Notes: a model not told the origin generated them from the letters alone. A DNA stretch of 64,000 nucleotides from Longimicrobiales bacterium (GCA_965203485.1 OZ241892.1:2688001-2752000), one strand, 5' to 3'. Numbered from the stretch's first letter, positions 33,437-44,090 are shown. Translations and numbers: made by a program.

Positions 33437-35290
33437 ATGACGGAATCCATCTTCGCCGCCAAGCCGTTGGCCGCCGCCGCGATCTTGGCCGTGCTCTGGG
33501 CCCTCGAAGGCCTGATTCCGATGTTCGAGGGCCGTCGGCGCCGGACGCGGCACGGGGCGGCCAACGTGGCGCTGGGCTTGGCCAACGCCGCCGTCGCGGG
33601 CGTCGTGTTCGCCGGCGCCACGCTGGCGGCGACCGCCTGGGCCCGCGAGAACTCCTTCGGCGCGCTTCACTGGCTGGGACTGGGCGGCGCAGCCGCGGCC
33701 GTGGCGGCCTTCGTGCTCATCGATCTGTGGCAGTACGCTTGGCACCGCCTCAATCATCGGTTGCCGGCGCTCTGGCGATTCCACGCCGTCCACCATGCCG
33801 ACCGCGATCTGGAAGCGACCTCGGGCCTCCGCTTCCACACCGGCGAGATCGTGCTTTCGTCCGCGGCGCGCCTCCTCGTGTTCCCGGCCCTCGGCGTGAG
33901 CATCGGGCACGTGCTGCTCTACGAGGCCGTCCTGTTGCCGGTGATTCTCTTCCATCACGCCAACGTGCGCATGTCCGAAGCGTTCGACCGCCGCCTGCGA
34001 TGGCTCGTCGTGACGCCGCGCATGCACTGGGTGCACCACAGCCGCCGCCGCGTGGAGACCGATTCCAACTATTCGAGCGTGTTCTCCGCCTGGGACCGCG
34101 TCTTCGGCAGCTTCCGCTTGGTGGGCGACCCCGGCGGCTTGCGCTTGGGGCTGGACGGGACGACCGCGCGCGACTGGAGATCGCTTCCCGGGATGCTGGC
34201 GATGCCGTTTCGGAGAGGTGCGGCGAGGACGGGCGGGGAGCCGCGGCGCCTGCGCGGCGACGAACGACCGGCGGGGCCGGCGCCCGGAGCCGGCCGGGCT
34301 AGGCCGCCCGTCCAGGCGCGCGGGGGGCGCGACCCCGAAGCCACGAGTTCGGCGCGCGCGTTCGCCCCGGCTTCCGTGTCCAATCTGGCCTGCGGGTTCG
34401 ACGTCTTCGGCTTGGCGCTCGAACAGCCGGGCGACGTCGTGGAAGCGAGCTTGGCGGCCGGGCGGGGCGTCGTCTCCGTCTCGGCCGTCGGCGACGGAGG
34501 GCGCCTGCCGCCGGAACCCACGCGCAACTCGGCTGCGATCGCCGCCCAGGCGGTACTGGACCGGGCCGGGAGCCGGGCAGGGGTGTCGCTGGTCGTGCGC
34601 AAGGGGATTCCGTTGGCTTCGGGGCTCGGCGGAAGCGCTGCGAGCGCGGTCGCCGGGGCGGTCGCGACGGACGCGCTGCTGCAAGCCGGCTTGGACCGGC
34701 AGGCGCTCTTGGAATGCGCGCTGGCCGGGGAAGCGCAGGGATCCGGAGCGGCCCACGCAGACAACGTCGCGCCGGCGCTGCACGGGGGCTTCGTGCTCGT
34801 CCTTCCCGGGCCGTCGCCCCGAGTCACGCCCATTCCCACGCCGGCAGGGTTGGCCGTAGCGGTCGCCCGCCCCGACGTCGAGATCGAGACCTCGCGCGCC
34901 CGCGAAGTCCTCGGCGACACGATCGCCCTGGAGCAGGGAATCCGGCAGTGGGCGAACACCGCCGGCCTCGTAGCCGGACTCTACAGCGAGGACTGGGACC
35001 TCCTGCGCCGCTGCCTCGAGGACGCGGTAGCCGAACCCGCGCGCGCAACCTTGTTGCCGGGGCTCGCGGCGGCGAAGACGGGCGCGCTGGAGGCGGGAGC
35101 GTTGGGGGCGGGGCTGTCGGGCTCGGGCCCCTCGACCTTCGCGCTCTGCCGGGACGCCGACGGGGCCGAGCGGGCGGGCCGCGCGATGGTTCGGGCGTTT
35201 CGCCGGGAGGCCGGCCTGGACGCCGACTTGGTGATCTCGGCCACCGCCACTGCCGGGGCGCGGCTGATCGCCGGCGAGCCGCAATCGTGA
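33437..35290 (+). CDS. thrB: Sterol desaturase/fatty-acid hydroxylase family domain fused in frame to homoserine kinase
   Basis: His boxes HRLNH, HAVHH, FHH, HWVHH, then PASVSNLACGFD, PLASGLGGSAAS, HADNVAP, SGSGPS; the fusion may be an indel artefact. Confidence 0.8.
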   Translation: MTESIFAAKPLAAAAILAVLWALEGLIPMFEGRRRRTRHGAANVALGLANAAVAGVVFAGATLAATAWARENSFGALHWLGLGGAAAAVAAFVLIDLWQYAWHRLNHRLPALWRFHAVHHADRDLEATSGLRFHTGEIVLSSAARLLVFPALGVSIGHVLLYEAVLLPVILFHHANVRMSEAFDRRLRWLVVTPRMHWVHHSRRRVETDSNYSSVFSAWDRVFGSFRLVGDPGGLRLGLDGTTARDWRSLPGMLAMPFRRGAARTGGEPRRLRGDERPAGPAPGAGRARPPVQARGGRDPEATSSARAFAPASVSNLACGFDVFGLALEQPGDVVEASLAAGRGVVSVSAVGDGGRLPPEPTRNSAAIAAQAVLDRAGSRAGVSLVVRKGIPLASGLGGSAASAVAGAVATDALLQAGLDRQALLECALAGEAQGSGAAHADNVAPALHGGFVLVLPGPSPRVTPIPTPAGLAVAVARPDVEIETSRAREVLGDTIALEQGIRQWANTAGLVAGLYSEDWDLLRRCLEDAVAEPARATLLPGLAAAKTGALEAGALGAGLSGSGPSTFALCRDADGAERAGRAMVRAFRREAGLDADLVISATATAGARLIAGEPQS

Positions 35291-36621
35291 GGCTGGTCAG
35301 CGTCGGTGGCAGGCAGCAGGCAGGAACCTGGTCGTTTCGCGACGCGCTCTTCCTCGGCCAAGCTCCCGGCGGCGGCCTGTTCGCGCCCGCGTCGCTACCC
35401 CCGTTGTCGGGCGCGCAGCTCGACGCGCTTCGGCAACCGCAGTCGTTCGCGGCGCGCTCGCGGTTGCTGGCCGTCCATCTGCTGGGCGGGGAGGTGGCCG
35501 CGGACATCCTCTCGCGCGCCGTGGAGAAGGCGTTCGACTTCCCCGTGCCGCTGGTCCGCGCCGACGGGCGCGCTCGCGTCCTGGAACTGTTTCACGGACC
35601 CACGTGCGCGTTCAAGGACGTGGGCGCCCGCTTCATGGCGGAAATGACGGCAGCGCTGCGGTCGCCGGACGCCCCCCGGACGACGGTGCTGGCGGCCACG
35701 TCCGGAGACACGGGCGGCGCCGTGGCCCATGCCTTTCACGGCGTCGCCGGCACGCGCGTCGTCGTCCTCTATCCGCGGGGCAGGGTGAGCCTCCGGCAGG
35801 AGGCGCAGTTCGCCGCGCTGGGCGGCAACGTGACGGCGGTCGCCGTCCGCGGCGACTTCGACGATTGCCAACGCTTGGCCAAGCAGGCCTTCGCCGATGC
35901 CGCCCTCCGCGCCGACGCTCGACTCACCTCGGCCAACTCGATCAACATCGGCCGGTTGCTGCCGCAGATGTTCTACTACGCTCACGCGTGGGCCGAGTTG
36001 CCCGAGTCCGCCCGCGACCGGGACGTCGTGTTCTCGGTGCCGTCCGGCAACTTCGGCAACTTGGCGGCCGGCCTCATGGCCCGGGCCATGGGCGTTCCCA
36101 TCGCCGGCTTCGTGGCCGCAACGAACGCGAACAGCGTAGTGCCGGACTACTTGGCGTCGGGAGCCTACGACCCGCGCCCCGCGACGCCGACCGTCTCGAC
36201 CGCGATGGACGTGGGCAATCCCAGCAACTTCGCGCGCATCCTGCACGGGTTCGGCGGCGACTTGCAGGCGTTGCGCGAGGTCGTCGCCGGTTCCGCGTGG
36301 ACCGACCACGAGACGCGCGAGTGCATTCGGCGCGAATGGCGCGACCGGGGCGTGGCTCTCGATCCGCATACGGCGGTCGGACTGCTGGGGTTGCGGCGCG
36401 AGCTCGCCCGGCGCAGACGAACTTCGGGGGTCGCCCTGGCCACGGCCCATCCGGCCAAGTTCGCCGATGTGGTGGAGCCCCTGACGGGCTGTCCCGTCGC
36501 CGTGCCCCAAGCCATGCAGCGGTTGCTCGATCTGCCCCGCCGCTCGGTCGCCGCGGAGCCCAAGCTGGACGCGCTTCGCGACATCTTGGCTTGGGCCCCC
36601 AGCGCCGCCCGGTCCCCGTGA
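35287..36621 (+). CDS. thrC: Threonine synthase
   Basis: LELFHGPTCAFKD, ATSGDTG, SANSINIGR, VPSGNFGN, TAHPAKF; GTGA overlap. Confidence 0.96.
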   Translation: MRLVSVGGRQQAGTWSFRDALFLGQAPGGGLFAPASLPPLSGAQLDALRQPQSFAARSRLLAVHLLGGEVAADILSRAVEKAFDFPVPLVRADGRARVLELFHGPTCAFKDVGARFMAEMTAALRSPDAPRTTVLAATSGDTGGAVAHAFHGVAGTRVVVLYPRGRVSLRQEAQFAALGGNVTAVAVRGDFDDCQRLAKQAFADAALRADARLTSANSINIGRLLPQMFYYAHAWAELPESARDRDVVFSVPSGNFGNLAAGLMARAMGVPIAGFVAATNANSVVPDYLASGAYDPRPATPTVSTAMDVGNPSNFARILHGFGGDLQALREVVAGSAWTDHETRECIRREWRDRGVALDPHTAVGLLGLRRELARRRRTSGVALATAHPAKFADVVEPLTGCPVAVPQAMQRLLDLPRRSVAAEPKLDALRDILAWAPSAARSP

Positions 36622-37349
36622 ACCTCGATGCCTTCGAGAGCGCTTCGCACAAAGCGTTCGAAGGCATTCCCGCGCAGTACCGCGACGGCGTGGCCGGGCT
36701 CGTCGTGCGGCGCGACCCGGCGCCCCACCCGCGCTTCCCCGCCGTCTACACGCTGGGAGAATGCGTCACGGAGGCATATCCGTCCGACTGGAGCGGCCCG
36801 GAGACGGTGCGCTCCGTGGTCGTGCTACACTGGGGCTCGTTTCGCGCCCTGTCCCGCGCCGACGCCGCGTTCGACTGGCGCGAGCAGATCTGGGAGACCC
36901 TCGTCCATGAACTCCGCCACCACCTGGAGTCCCTCGCCGACCAAGACGACCTCCACGGCGTGGACTACGCCATGGAACAGACGTTTCTCCGCGACGAAGG
37001 AGAGGACTTCGCGCCGGACTACTACCGTCACGGCGACCGCATCGGGCCCGGCACCTACGCCGTGGAGGACGACGTCTACATCGAACAGCGATGGAGCGCC
37101 GCCGACCTCGCGGCTTCCCGGGCGGTCCGGTTCTCGTGGGGCGGGCGAACGTACGCGGTCCCTGCGCCGCCCGAGCTCGGCGACGTGCACTTCCTGTCCG
37201 TCACAGCCGGCGTGCCCTCGCCTCCGTTCCTGGAACTGGCCCTGGTGCGCCGTCCCGAGTCGTGGCGCGAGAGAATCCGGCAAGCGCTGGCGAGATCGCG
37301 TTCCGGCCGCGTCCTCGAGTCGGAGGCGGCCGCGGAGCCCGTGGACTGA
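36618..37349 (+). CDS. Zincin-like metallopeptidase with C-terminal extension
   Basis: IWETLVHELRHH (HExxH); GTGA overlap with thrC. Confidence 0.78.
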   Translation: MNLDAFESASHKAFEGIPAQYRDGVAGLVVRRDPAPHPRFPAVYTLGECVTEAYPSDWSGPETVRSVVVLHWGSFRALSRADAAFDWREQIWETLVHELRHHLESLADQDDLHGVDYAMEQTFLRDEGEDFAPDYYRHGDRIGPGTYAVEDDVYIEQRWSAADLAASRAVRFSWGGRTYAVPAPPELGDVHFLSVTAGVPSPPFLELALVRRPESWRERIRQALARSRSGRVLESEAAAEPVD

Positions 37350-37399
37350 CGCGCCCGCCCACGGCGCCGCCGGCGCGCTCGGCGGGTCGGCCGGCCGCG

Positions 37400-38719
37400 T
37401 CATCTCCGCCGGGCTACGGCCGCGCAAGCTCGCGCGAGGCGGGCGAGGGCTTCGGCGGTCTCGTCTTCCGAGATCAGCAGCGACGGTCCGAGCCGAATTA
37501 CGTGGCCCTGCAGGCCGCCCAGGCCGATCAACAGCCCTTCGTCCTTGGCCGCGTGAACCAGGTTGTCGGCCAAGCCGGGGGCAGGCTCCTTCGCGTCGCG
37601 GTCCTCGACCAGCTCCATCGCCTGCATGAGGCCGAGGCCCCGGACGTCGCCGATCCACGCGTGCTCCCGCGCCAAGCCCAGCAGGCCGTCGCGAAGCTGC
37701 CGGCCCCGGGTTGCGGCGCGGGCCGGCACGTCCTCGGCCTCCATGACGCGCAGGGTCGCGTCCATCGCCGCCATGCAGACGGGGTTGCCGCCGAAGGTGG
37801 AGATGGTCTTGCCGCGCCAGCTGGCCGACACGTCCGCCCGGGCGGTCACCGCGCCCACGGGCATGCCGCCCGCGATCCCCTTGGCGGTGATCATGATGTC
37901 GGGCTCGACGCCCCAGTGCTGGATGCCGAACCACTGGTCTCCGGTGCGCCCGAACCCGGCCTGAACTTCGTCGGCGACGAAGAGGCCGCCGTAGGAGCGG
38001 ATGATTCCCGCCATCCGCTGGAAGTACCCCTCGGGCGGAACGATGTAGCCGGCCGCTCCCTGCACGGACTCGGCCACGAAAGCGGCGGGGCGGCCGTTCG
38101 TGGTCGTCTCTATCACCTCCACGAGATCCTGGGCGTGCGCCTCCACCAGCTCCTCGTCCGATCCAGCGCCGAACGGGGACCGATAGGGATAGGGCGAAAG
38201 TGCGTGCGTGACTCCGGTGACCGAGCTGGGCAGCACGCGCCAGGGCGCCTGGGCCGTCAACGAAGCCGCCATGCTCGTGCGTCCGTGATAGGCGCGGCGC
38301 AACGCCACCACCTCGGTGCGGCCCGTGTGCAGCCTGGCCGTGGCTAGCGCAGTCTCGACGGCCTCCGTGCCGCTGTTGAGGAAGAAGGTGCGCGTCAGCC
38401 GTCCCGGCGCGATCTCGGCCAGCCGCCGCGCCGCCCGCGTCTGCGGCTCGTTCACGTAAAGAGTGGACACGTGGCCGAGGAGCCCGGCCTGCTCGCGCAC
38501 GGCGGCCACGACCGCCGGATGGCAGTGGCCCAGGGACACCGACAATATCCCGGCGAACAGGTCCAGGTACTCGCGGCCGCCGAAGTCCTCGACCCAGCAT
38601 CCCGATCCCCGGGCCAGCGCCAGCGGCTCGTCGTAGAGCGGCCGGACGCAGTCGAACAGGTGCGCCCGCTGCGCTTCCAGCAACTCCGCGCCGCGGGCCC
38701 GCGCCGGCTCCGGCCTCAC
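37400..38719 (-). CDS. Class III aminotransferase (beta-alanine/AGXT2-like)
   Basis: YLDLFAGI, NSGTEA, AYHGRT, ADEVQAGFGRTG, TAKGIAGG, TFGGNP; coupled to mmsA. Confidence 0.9.
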   Translation of the reverse strand: MRPEPARARGAELLEAQRAHLFDCVRPLYDEPLALARGSGCWVEDFGGREYLDLFAGILSVSLGHCHPAVVAAVREQAGLLGHVSTLYVNEPQTRAARRLAEIAPGRLTRTFFLNSGTEAVETALATARLHTGRTEVVALRRAYHGRTSMAASLTAQAPWRVLPSSVTGVTHALSPYPYRSPFGAGSDEELVEAHAQDLVEVIETTTNGRPAAFVAESVQGAAGYIVPPEGYFQRMAGIIRSYGGLFVADEVQAGFGRTGDQWFGIQHWGVEPDIMITAKGIAGGMPVGAVTARADVSASWRGKTISTFGGNPVCMAAMDATLRVMEAEDVPARAATRGRQLRDGLLGLAREHAWIGDVRGLGLMQAMELVEDRDAKEPAPGLADNLVHAAKDEGLLIGLGGLQGHVIRLGPSLLISEDETAEALARLARACAAVARRR

Positions 38720-40167
38720 CACCGCGAGATCACGACCTTCTGGTCGGTGTAGAAGGCTACGGCGTCCTTGCCCTGCGCCTTCAGGTCGCCGTAGAACGAG
38801 TTGCGCGCGCCCCCGAAGGGAAAGAAGGCCATCGGGGCGGCGACCCCGACGTTGACCCCCAGCATGGAGATGCCCGCCCGGTAGCGGAATTCTCTCGCCG
38901 ACCGCCCCGACCGCGTGAAGATCGACGCGGCGTTGCCGTAGGGACTCGCGGCCAGCATGTCCAGGGCGCCGTCCAGGTCGGGCGCGCGCATCAGGCCCGC
39001 CACGGGACCGAAGACCTCTTCGCGGCCCAGCGGCGTGTCGCAGCCGACGTCCTCGAACACCGTCGGGCCGAGCCAGTGGCCGCGCGGATACCCCGGGACC
39101 TCGGCGGACCTGCCGTCCAGCAGAAGACGGGCGCCGTCGCGCTCCCCCTGCTCGATGAAGCCGACCACGCGGTTGCGGTGCGCGCCCGAAATGACCGGCC
39201 CCATGTCCGCGTCCTCCTCCAGGCCGTAGCCCACGCGCAACGACGCCGCTCCGTCGAGGACGCGCTCGCGCACGGGTTCGTAGGACTCGCCCACGCCGAC
39301 CACCACCGAGCCCGCCAAGCAACGCTGGCCCGCGCACCCGAACACCGAGGCGACCACGGCCTGCGCCACCATGTCGGGGTCGGCGTCCGACAGTACGATC
39401 ATGTGGTTCTTGGCGCCCCCGAGCGCCTGCACGCGCTTGCCCGCCGCCGCCGCCCGCTGGTAAACGCGCCGCGCCACCGGGCTGGAGCCCACGAGAGAGA
39501 CGCCGGCGACGTCCGGGTGCTCGACCAGCGCCTCCGCCGCCGCGCCGCGTCCGTGCACGACGTTGAGCACGCCCGGCGGCAACCCGGCCTGGACCGCCAG
39601 CTCCGCCACGCGCTGGTGCGCCAGCGGATCCTGCTCGCTCGGCTTCACGACGACCGTGTTGCCCGCCGCCACCGCGTAGGGCCAGAACCACATCGGCACC
39701 ATCACCGGGAAGTTGTAGGGCGTGATCACGGCGAAGACTCCGACCGGTTGACGCACCGTCTCGCAGTCCACGCCGGCGGCCACGTCCTCGAGCGCGTCCC
39801 CCATCATCAGCGACGGCATTCCCGCCGCGTGCTCCACGTTCTCGATCGCGCGCTGCAGTTCGCCGTCCGCTTCGGCCAAGTTCTTGCCGTGCTCGCGGGT
39901 AAGGCTGCGGGCCAGCTCGCCGCGACAGCCGTCGAGGAGCGCCTGGAGCCGAAACAGCACGCGGGCGCGCTCGGCGACGGGCCTGCGGCGCCACTCGGGG
40001 AAGGCGTCGCGGGCGGCGCCGACGGCTCGGTCCACGTCCGCCCTGCCGGACTCGGGCACGCTGCCCAGAGTCTCGCCCGTGCCGGGGTCCTCGACCGCGA
40101 CGCGCGTTCCCGCGTCGGGGACGGCCCACTGGCCGCCGATCAGGTTGGGAGCGACGACTGGCTTCAT
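38716..40167 (-). CDS. mmsA: CoA-acylating (methyl)malonate-semialdehyde dehydrogenase
   Basis: ITPYNFP, KPSEQDP, QALGGAKNH, GCAGQRCLA, EEVFGP, PMAFFPFGG. Confidence 0.93.
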   Translation of the reverse strand: MKPVVAPNLIGGQWAVPDAGTRVAVEDPGTGETLGSVPESGRADVDRAVGAARDAFPEWRRRPVAERARVLFRLQALLDGCRGELARSLTREHGKNLAEADGELQRAIENVEHAAGMPSLMMGDALEDVAAGVDCETVRQPVGVFAVITPYNFPVMVPMWFWPYAVAAGNTVVVKPSEQDPLAHQRVAELAVQAGLPPGVLNVVHGRGAAAEALVEHPDVAGVSLVGSSPVARRVYQRAAAAGKRVQALGGAKNHMIVLSDADPDMVAQAVVASVFGCAGQRCLAGSVVVGVGESYEPVRERVLDGAASLRVGYGLEEDADMGPVISGAHRNRVVGFIEQGERDGARLLLDGRSAEVPGYPRGHWLGPTVFEDVGCDTPLGREEVFGPVAGLMRAPDLDGALDMLAASPYGNAASIFTRSGRSAREFRYRAGISMLGVNVGVAAPMAFFPFGGARNSFYGDLKAQGKDAVAFYTDQKVVISRW

Positions 40168-40519
40168 GGGAGGACGCTGGGCGGCGAGGGAAGGGGAAGG
40201 CGTGCCGGCGCGCGCCGACGGACCGCTTGACCGCGGAACCGATTGCAAGCTGTCCCGGCGCAGCGACGGAGCGCAAGTACGTCGAACCGAAGCGGAAACG
40301 TCCTTCCGCTTGCCGGCGGCGGAAGCGCGGATCGCCCGCGAGACGCGCGTTCGACGCCGACCCTGCAGCGCTGTCCAAGCAGACGTGCCGGCCCGCCTGG
40401 CGAGCGATCTCGCGGCAACGGCCGCCGAACGCAACCGGAACCGCGCAGCCCGGCCGAGAGCGCACCGACTACGGGCTCCGCCGCGTCCAGCCCGGATCGT
40501 CCCCGGCGATATTTCGACA

Positions 40520-42184
40520 ATGATCAAGCTCGCGTCACCTCCGCGCGCGGCGAGGACAGGCGCCGGCCCGGGCCGCGCGCTGCGCTTCGCCGCGTGGGCG
40601 GCCGGCGCGCTGGCCTTCGCCCCGTGCGTTGCGCTGGGCCAGGCGACGGCGTACGTGCCGAACCTGGATCCCGCGTACGAGGACCTCGCCGTTCTCGTGG
40701 CCGCCGGCATCGTGAAGCAGGCTCTCGGCGGCCATGGCCCCAGCTCGCGAGCCGCCTTTGGCCGGTGGGCCGCCGAAGCGGCGCGGTCGTTGGAGGAACG
40801 CGGCGGGGCGGCGGCGGCCGTCGAAGAAGCGGCGGCGCGGCTGGCCAGGCGCTTCGGGCCGGACGCAGGTGAACGCGGCGGCGGGCCTGGGCGCGCGGCT
40901 GCCGCGGCGGTCGCCGGCGCGTCCGCCGAGATCTGGGCCGCCCGGTCGCCGTCTCGCCCTCTCGGGCCGGGCGCCGCCAGTCAGATCAAGGGCATCCTGA
41001 ACCCGTTGCTGAACGGCAACCAAGGCGGGCCTGCGATCGACGGCTGGACCGCCGCCGCCGCATTCTCCGTGGAAGCGGAGGCCGGACGGCTGGCCGTCCG
41101 CGTCACCCCCCAAGCCTGGGTGGCCCATTCGGCGGACGGCCGAACGAACGCGGCTTCGGCAACCCTCTTCGACGGTTACGCCAGGGCCGTCTTCGGCCCG
41201 GCCGCCCTCGACGTCGGCCGCAACCACGCCATCTTGGGACACGGCCGAGCCGGGGGGACCGTGCTCTCGGACAACCCGCGCGGGCTCGACATGGTCCGCG
41301 TCGCCTCCGAGCGCCCGTTTCGGCTTCCCGGCGGTCGCTGGGGCCTCTGGCGAGCTTCCGCGCTAGTGGCCCGCATGGAGTCGAACCGCGACACGCCCCG
41401 CAGCCTGCTGGCGGTCTTCCACCTCGGCCACCGTCCCGTCCCGGCGTTCGAGTGGGGCTTCGTGTACCTGAACCACCAAGCGGGCGAGGGAGCGCCCAGC
41501 GGCACTTTGCTGGCCCGGTTGGCCGACCTGCTGCTGCCGGTCAGGGGTGGCACGATCGAAGTTTCCGACAAGGCGGGCGGCGGCCACGCGCGCGTGACGA
41601 TCCAACGCGCGAAGACGCAGCTCTACGTGAATTTCCTGGCCACGGACCTGCGCCGGGACTGGCGGCAGTTCCTCCGGGGATATTGGCGCGACGCCCTTTG
41701 GACGGCCGGCGCGAGCGCCCGCGGGCTGGGCGGCGAAGGAAGGCTCGACCTCTGGACCGAAGCGCGGCACGCCGGCCCTCTCGTGCACACGCATCACCAG
41801 TTCACGTCCGGCCTCACGCTGGACGGCAGGGTGATCGGCGACCCGCTCGGCCCCAACGCGTGGAGCGTCGCGGCGGGCGCGGCTTGGCGGGCCGCCGGGT
41901 GGACGAGCCGCCTCTCGGTCGCGCGCGAGCACTACTCGGCCGACGAATGGCGGTTGCGTCGCGAACCGGGCAAGGCCCGCCGCCAGTGGGCCCGCATCGC
42001 CGACAACGAGGACGAAGTGCGCCTGCGCCTCGTCGTCGACTGGCGCCGCCTCCCTGGCGCGGGCGGCGTCGAGACCGCCCTTCGTCTCGCCTACGAACGG
42101 GTAGGCAACTTCGCGTTCGACGGAAGCAACCGGGACAACTTCGTAATGCGCCTATCGTTCGGCTTCCGACCGCGAGGCGCGTAG
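40520..42184 (+). CDS. Capsule assembly Wzi-like outer-membrane protein
   Basis: Signal peptide; GR...LGHGRAGGTVLSDNPR; YTH-like HTH...G.T..G..IG.PLG; beta-barrel C-terminus. Confidence 0.7.
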   Translation: MIKLASPPRAARTGAGPGRALRFAAWAAGALAFAPCVALGQATAYVPNLDPAYEDLAVLVAAGIVKQALGGHGPSSRAAFGRWAAEAARSLEERGGAAAAVEEAAARLARRFGPDAGERGGGPGRAAAAAVAGASAEIWAARSPSRPLGPGAASQIKGILNPLLNGNQGGPAIDGWTAAAAFSVEAEAGRLAVRVTPQAWVAHSADGRTNAASATLFDGYARAVFGPAALDVGRNHAILGHGRAGGTVLSDNPRGLDMVRVASERPFRLPGGRWGLWRASALVARMESNRDTPRSLLAVFHLGHRPVPAFEWGFVYLNHQAGEGAPSGTLLARLADLLLPVRGGTIEVSDKAGGGHARVTIQRAKTQLYVNFLATDLRRDWRQFLRGYWRDALWTAGASARGLGGEGRLDLWTEARHAGPLVHTHHQFTSGLTLDGRVIGDPLGPNAWSVAAGAAWRAAGWTSRLSVAREHYSADEWRLRREPGKARRQWARIADNEDEVRLRLVVDWRRLPGAGGVETALRLAYERVGNFAFDGSNRDNFVMRLSFGFRPRGA

Positions 42185-42238
42185 ACGCGGCGCTCCATCC
42201 TTCCCCGGCGCTCCGGCAGGACCCGCCGGGTCCCTGCG

Positions 42239-43966
42239 CTAGCCGGCGAGGTAGCCCTTTCGCCGAACGTGCTCTAAGATTCTGTCCGCGGCCTCGGCGG
42301 GCGACGTGTCCGTGCCGTCGATCACGATCTCCGCGTCCCCGGGCGCCTCGTAGGGGTCCGAGACTCCCGTGAACTCCTTGATCATCCGGGCACGGGCACG
42401 GGCATAGAGGCCCTTGCGGTCCCGCCGCTCGCAGACCTCGATGGGCGTGGACACGTACACCAGGAAGAATCCCCCGGCCGCCTCGACCATTCGGCGCGCC
42501 TCCTTGCGGGCGTCGTCGTAGGGGGCGATGGGCGCGCAGATGGCCGCGCCCCCGTTCTTGGTGATCTCGCTGGCGACGAACGCCGTGCGGCGGATGTTGA
42601 GATCTCTGTGCTCGCGCGAGAAGCCCAACTCGCTCGACAGGTGCTTGCGCATCACGTCGCCGTCGAGAAGCGTGACGGGCCGCTGGGCGACTTCGAGCAA
42701 CTTGACCATCAGCGCGCCCGCGATCGTGCTCTTGCCCGCCCCGGACAGGCCGGTGAGGAACAGCGTGAAGCCCCGCTCGCGCCTAGGCGGGAAAGTGCGC
42801 CTCAACTCCGCCTCGACCGCCGGCAACGTGAACCAATCCGGCAACGCCTCTCCCGCGCGCAGACGCCGCCGCAGCTCGGTCCCCGACAACTCTTCCGTTC
42901 GCTCGCCGGCCGGCACCTCGCCCAGCGCAAGAGCCTTGCCCCGCGAAGGCACGTAGACCATTTCCTCGCTGGCGCAGAGCGCGATCCCCAACTCGGCCTC
43001 GTGCTCCCCGACCGCGTCCCGGGCCTCCTCGGGCGCGTAGAAGGGCACACCGGACGAGTCGCGCCCCGGCCCAGCATGGTCCCGGCCCACCACGAAGTGC
43101 GTGCAGCCGTAGTTCTTGCGCACGATCGCATGCCACACCGCCTCGCGCGGCCCGGCCATGCGCATTGCCAGCGGCAACAGCGAGAGCAAGGCCGTTCCCG
43201 GCGCGTACGCGGACATCGCGGCCCGGTAGCACCGCACGCGCGTGAAGTGGTCGATGTCGCCCGGAGCGGACGTCCCGACGGTGGGATGGACCAGCAGCTT
43301 GGCGCCCGCGGCCGCCGCGGCGCGCTTGGAGAGCTCCACGTGGACCCGGTGCATGGGATTTCGGGTCTGGAAGCCGACCACCCGGTCCCATCCCTTGGCC
43401 CGGAAGAGCGAGCGCAATTCGGCCGGGGTCCGGCGCAACTCCTCGTAGTCGTAGTGCACCAGCGGTCCCAGGCCTTCGACCCGTCCGCCCACGTAGGCCG
43501 TCGCCGCCTTCGCCAAGCGGCGCGCCCAAGGATGCTCGGCAAGATTCGCGGACGGTCCGCCGCGACGGCTCGCCAGCAACGCCTGCGCTTCCGCTTCCAC
43601 GTCCGGCTCCCAGACATCGTCCACGTGCTGGACGGCCACGATGTTGCCTTGGGCGTCGCGCAACGCGACCACGTCGCCACGCGAGAGCTTCTCCGCCAAG
43701 CCGCGCGGCACGGCCAGCGTCACAGGCACCGGCCAGAGCGTGCCGTCGGCCAAGCGCATTCTCGACAGAACGCTTTCGTAGTCCGTGCGCCCCATGAAGC
43801 CGCGCAACGGAGAGAAGGCCCCCGTGACGAGCAATTCCAAGTCGCACAAGGCGTGCTCGTCCAGGTCCCACGACCAGCGCCAGTCCAGGACGGCGTCGCG
43901 CATCTCCCGGCGGCGCTCGGCGGTAGCGCGCAGGTCGACCAGGACGCCGCCGTGGGGAGCGATCAC
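42239..43966 (-). CDS. sat/cysC: Bifunctional sulfate adenylyltransferase / adenylylsulfate kinase
   Basis: GAFSPLRGFM, FQTRNPMHRVH, AGPREA, GRDHAG; TGLSGAGKST, LDGDVMR, EFTGVSDPYE. Confidence 0.95.
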   Translation of the reverse strand: MIAPHGGVLVDLRATAERRREMRDAVLDWRWSWDLDEHALCDLELLVTGAFSPLRGFMGRTDYESVLSRMRLADGTLWPVPVTLAVPRGLAEKLSRGDVVALRDAQGNIVAVQHVDDVWEPDVEAEAQALLASRRGGPSANLAEHPWARRLAKAATAYVGGRVEGLGPLVHYDYEELRRTPAELRSLFRAKGWDRVVGFQTRNPMHRVHVELSKRAAAAAGAKLLVHPTVGTSAPGDIDHFTRVRCYRAAMSAYAPGTALLSLLPLAMRMAGPREAVWHAIVRKNYGCTHFVVGRDHAGPGRDSSGVPFYAPEEARDAVGEHEAELGIALCASEEMVYVPSRGKALALGEVPAGERTEELSGTELRRRLRAGEALPDWFTLPAVEAELRRTFPPRRERGFTLFLTGLSGAGKSTIAGALMVKLLEVAQRPVTLLDGDVMRKHLSSELGFSREHRDLNIRRTAFVASEITKNGGAAICAPIAPYDDARKEARRMVEAAGGFFLVYVSTPIEVCERRDRKGLYARARARMIKEFTGVSDPYEAPGDAEIVIDGTDTSPAEAADRILEHVRRKGYLAG

Positions 43967-44090
43967 CCGGGCGCCCCGGTCCGTCGGGTGCGCGGCGCCG
44001 CCCTGGTCCGCGCGCGCCGGGCCCGACCGAGTCGGCCGCCGGGGGCGATCTCCCGAAGGCTCCTCGCCCCCATGCGGCGGCCCCCCGGCT

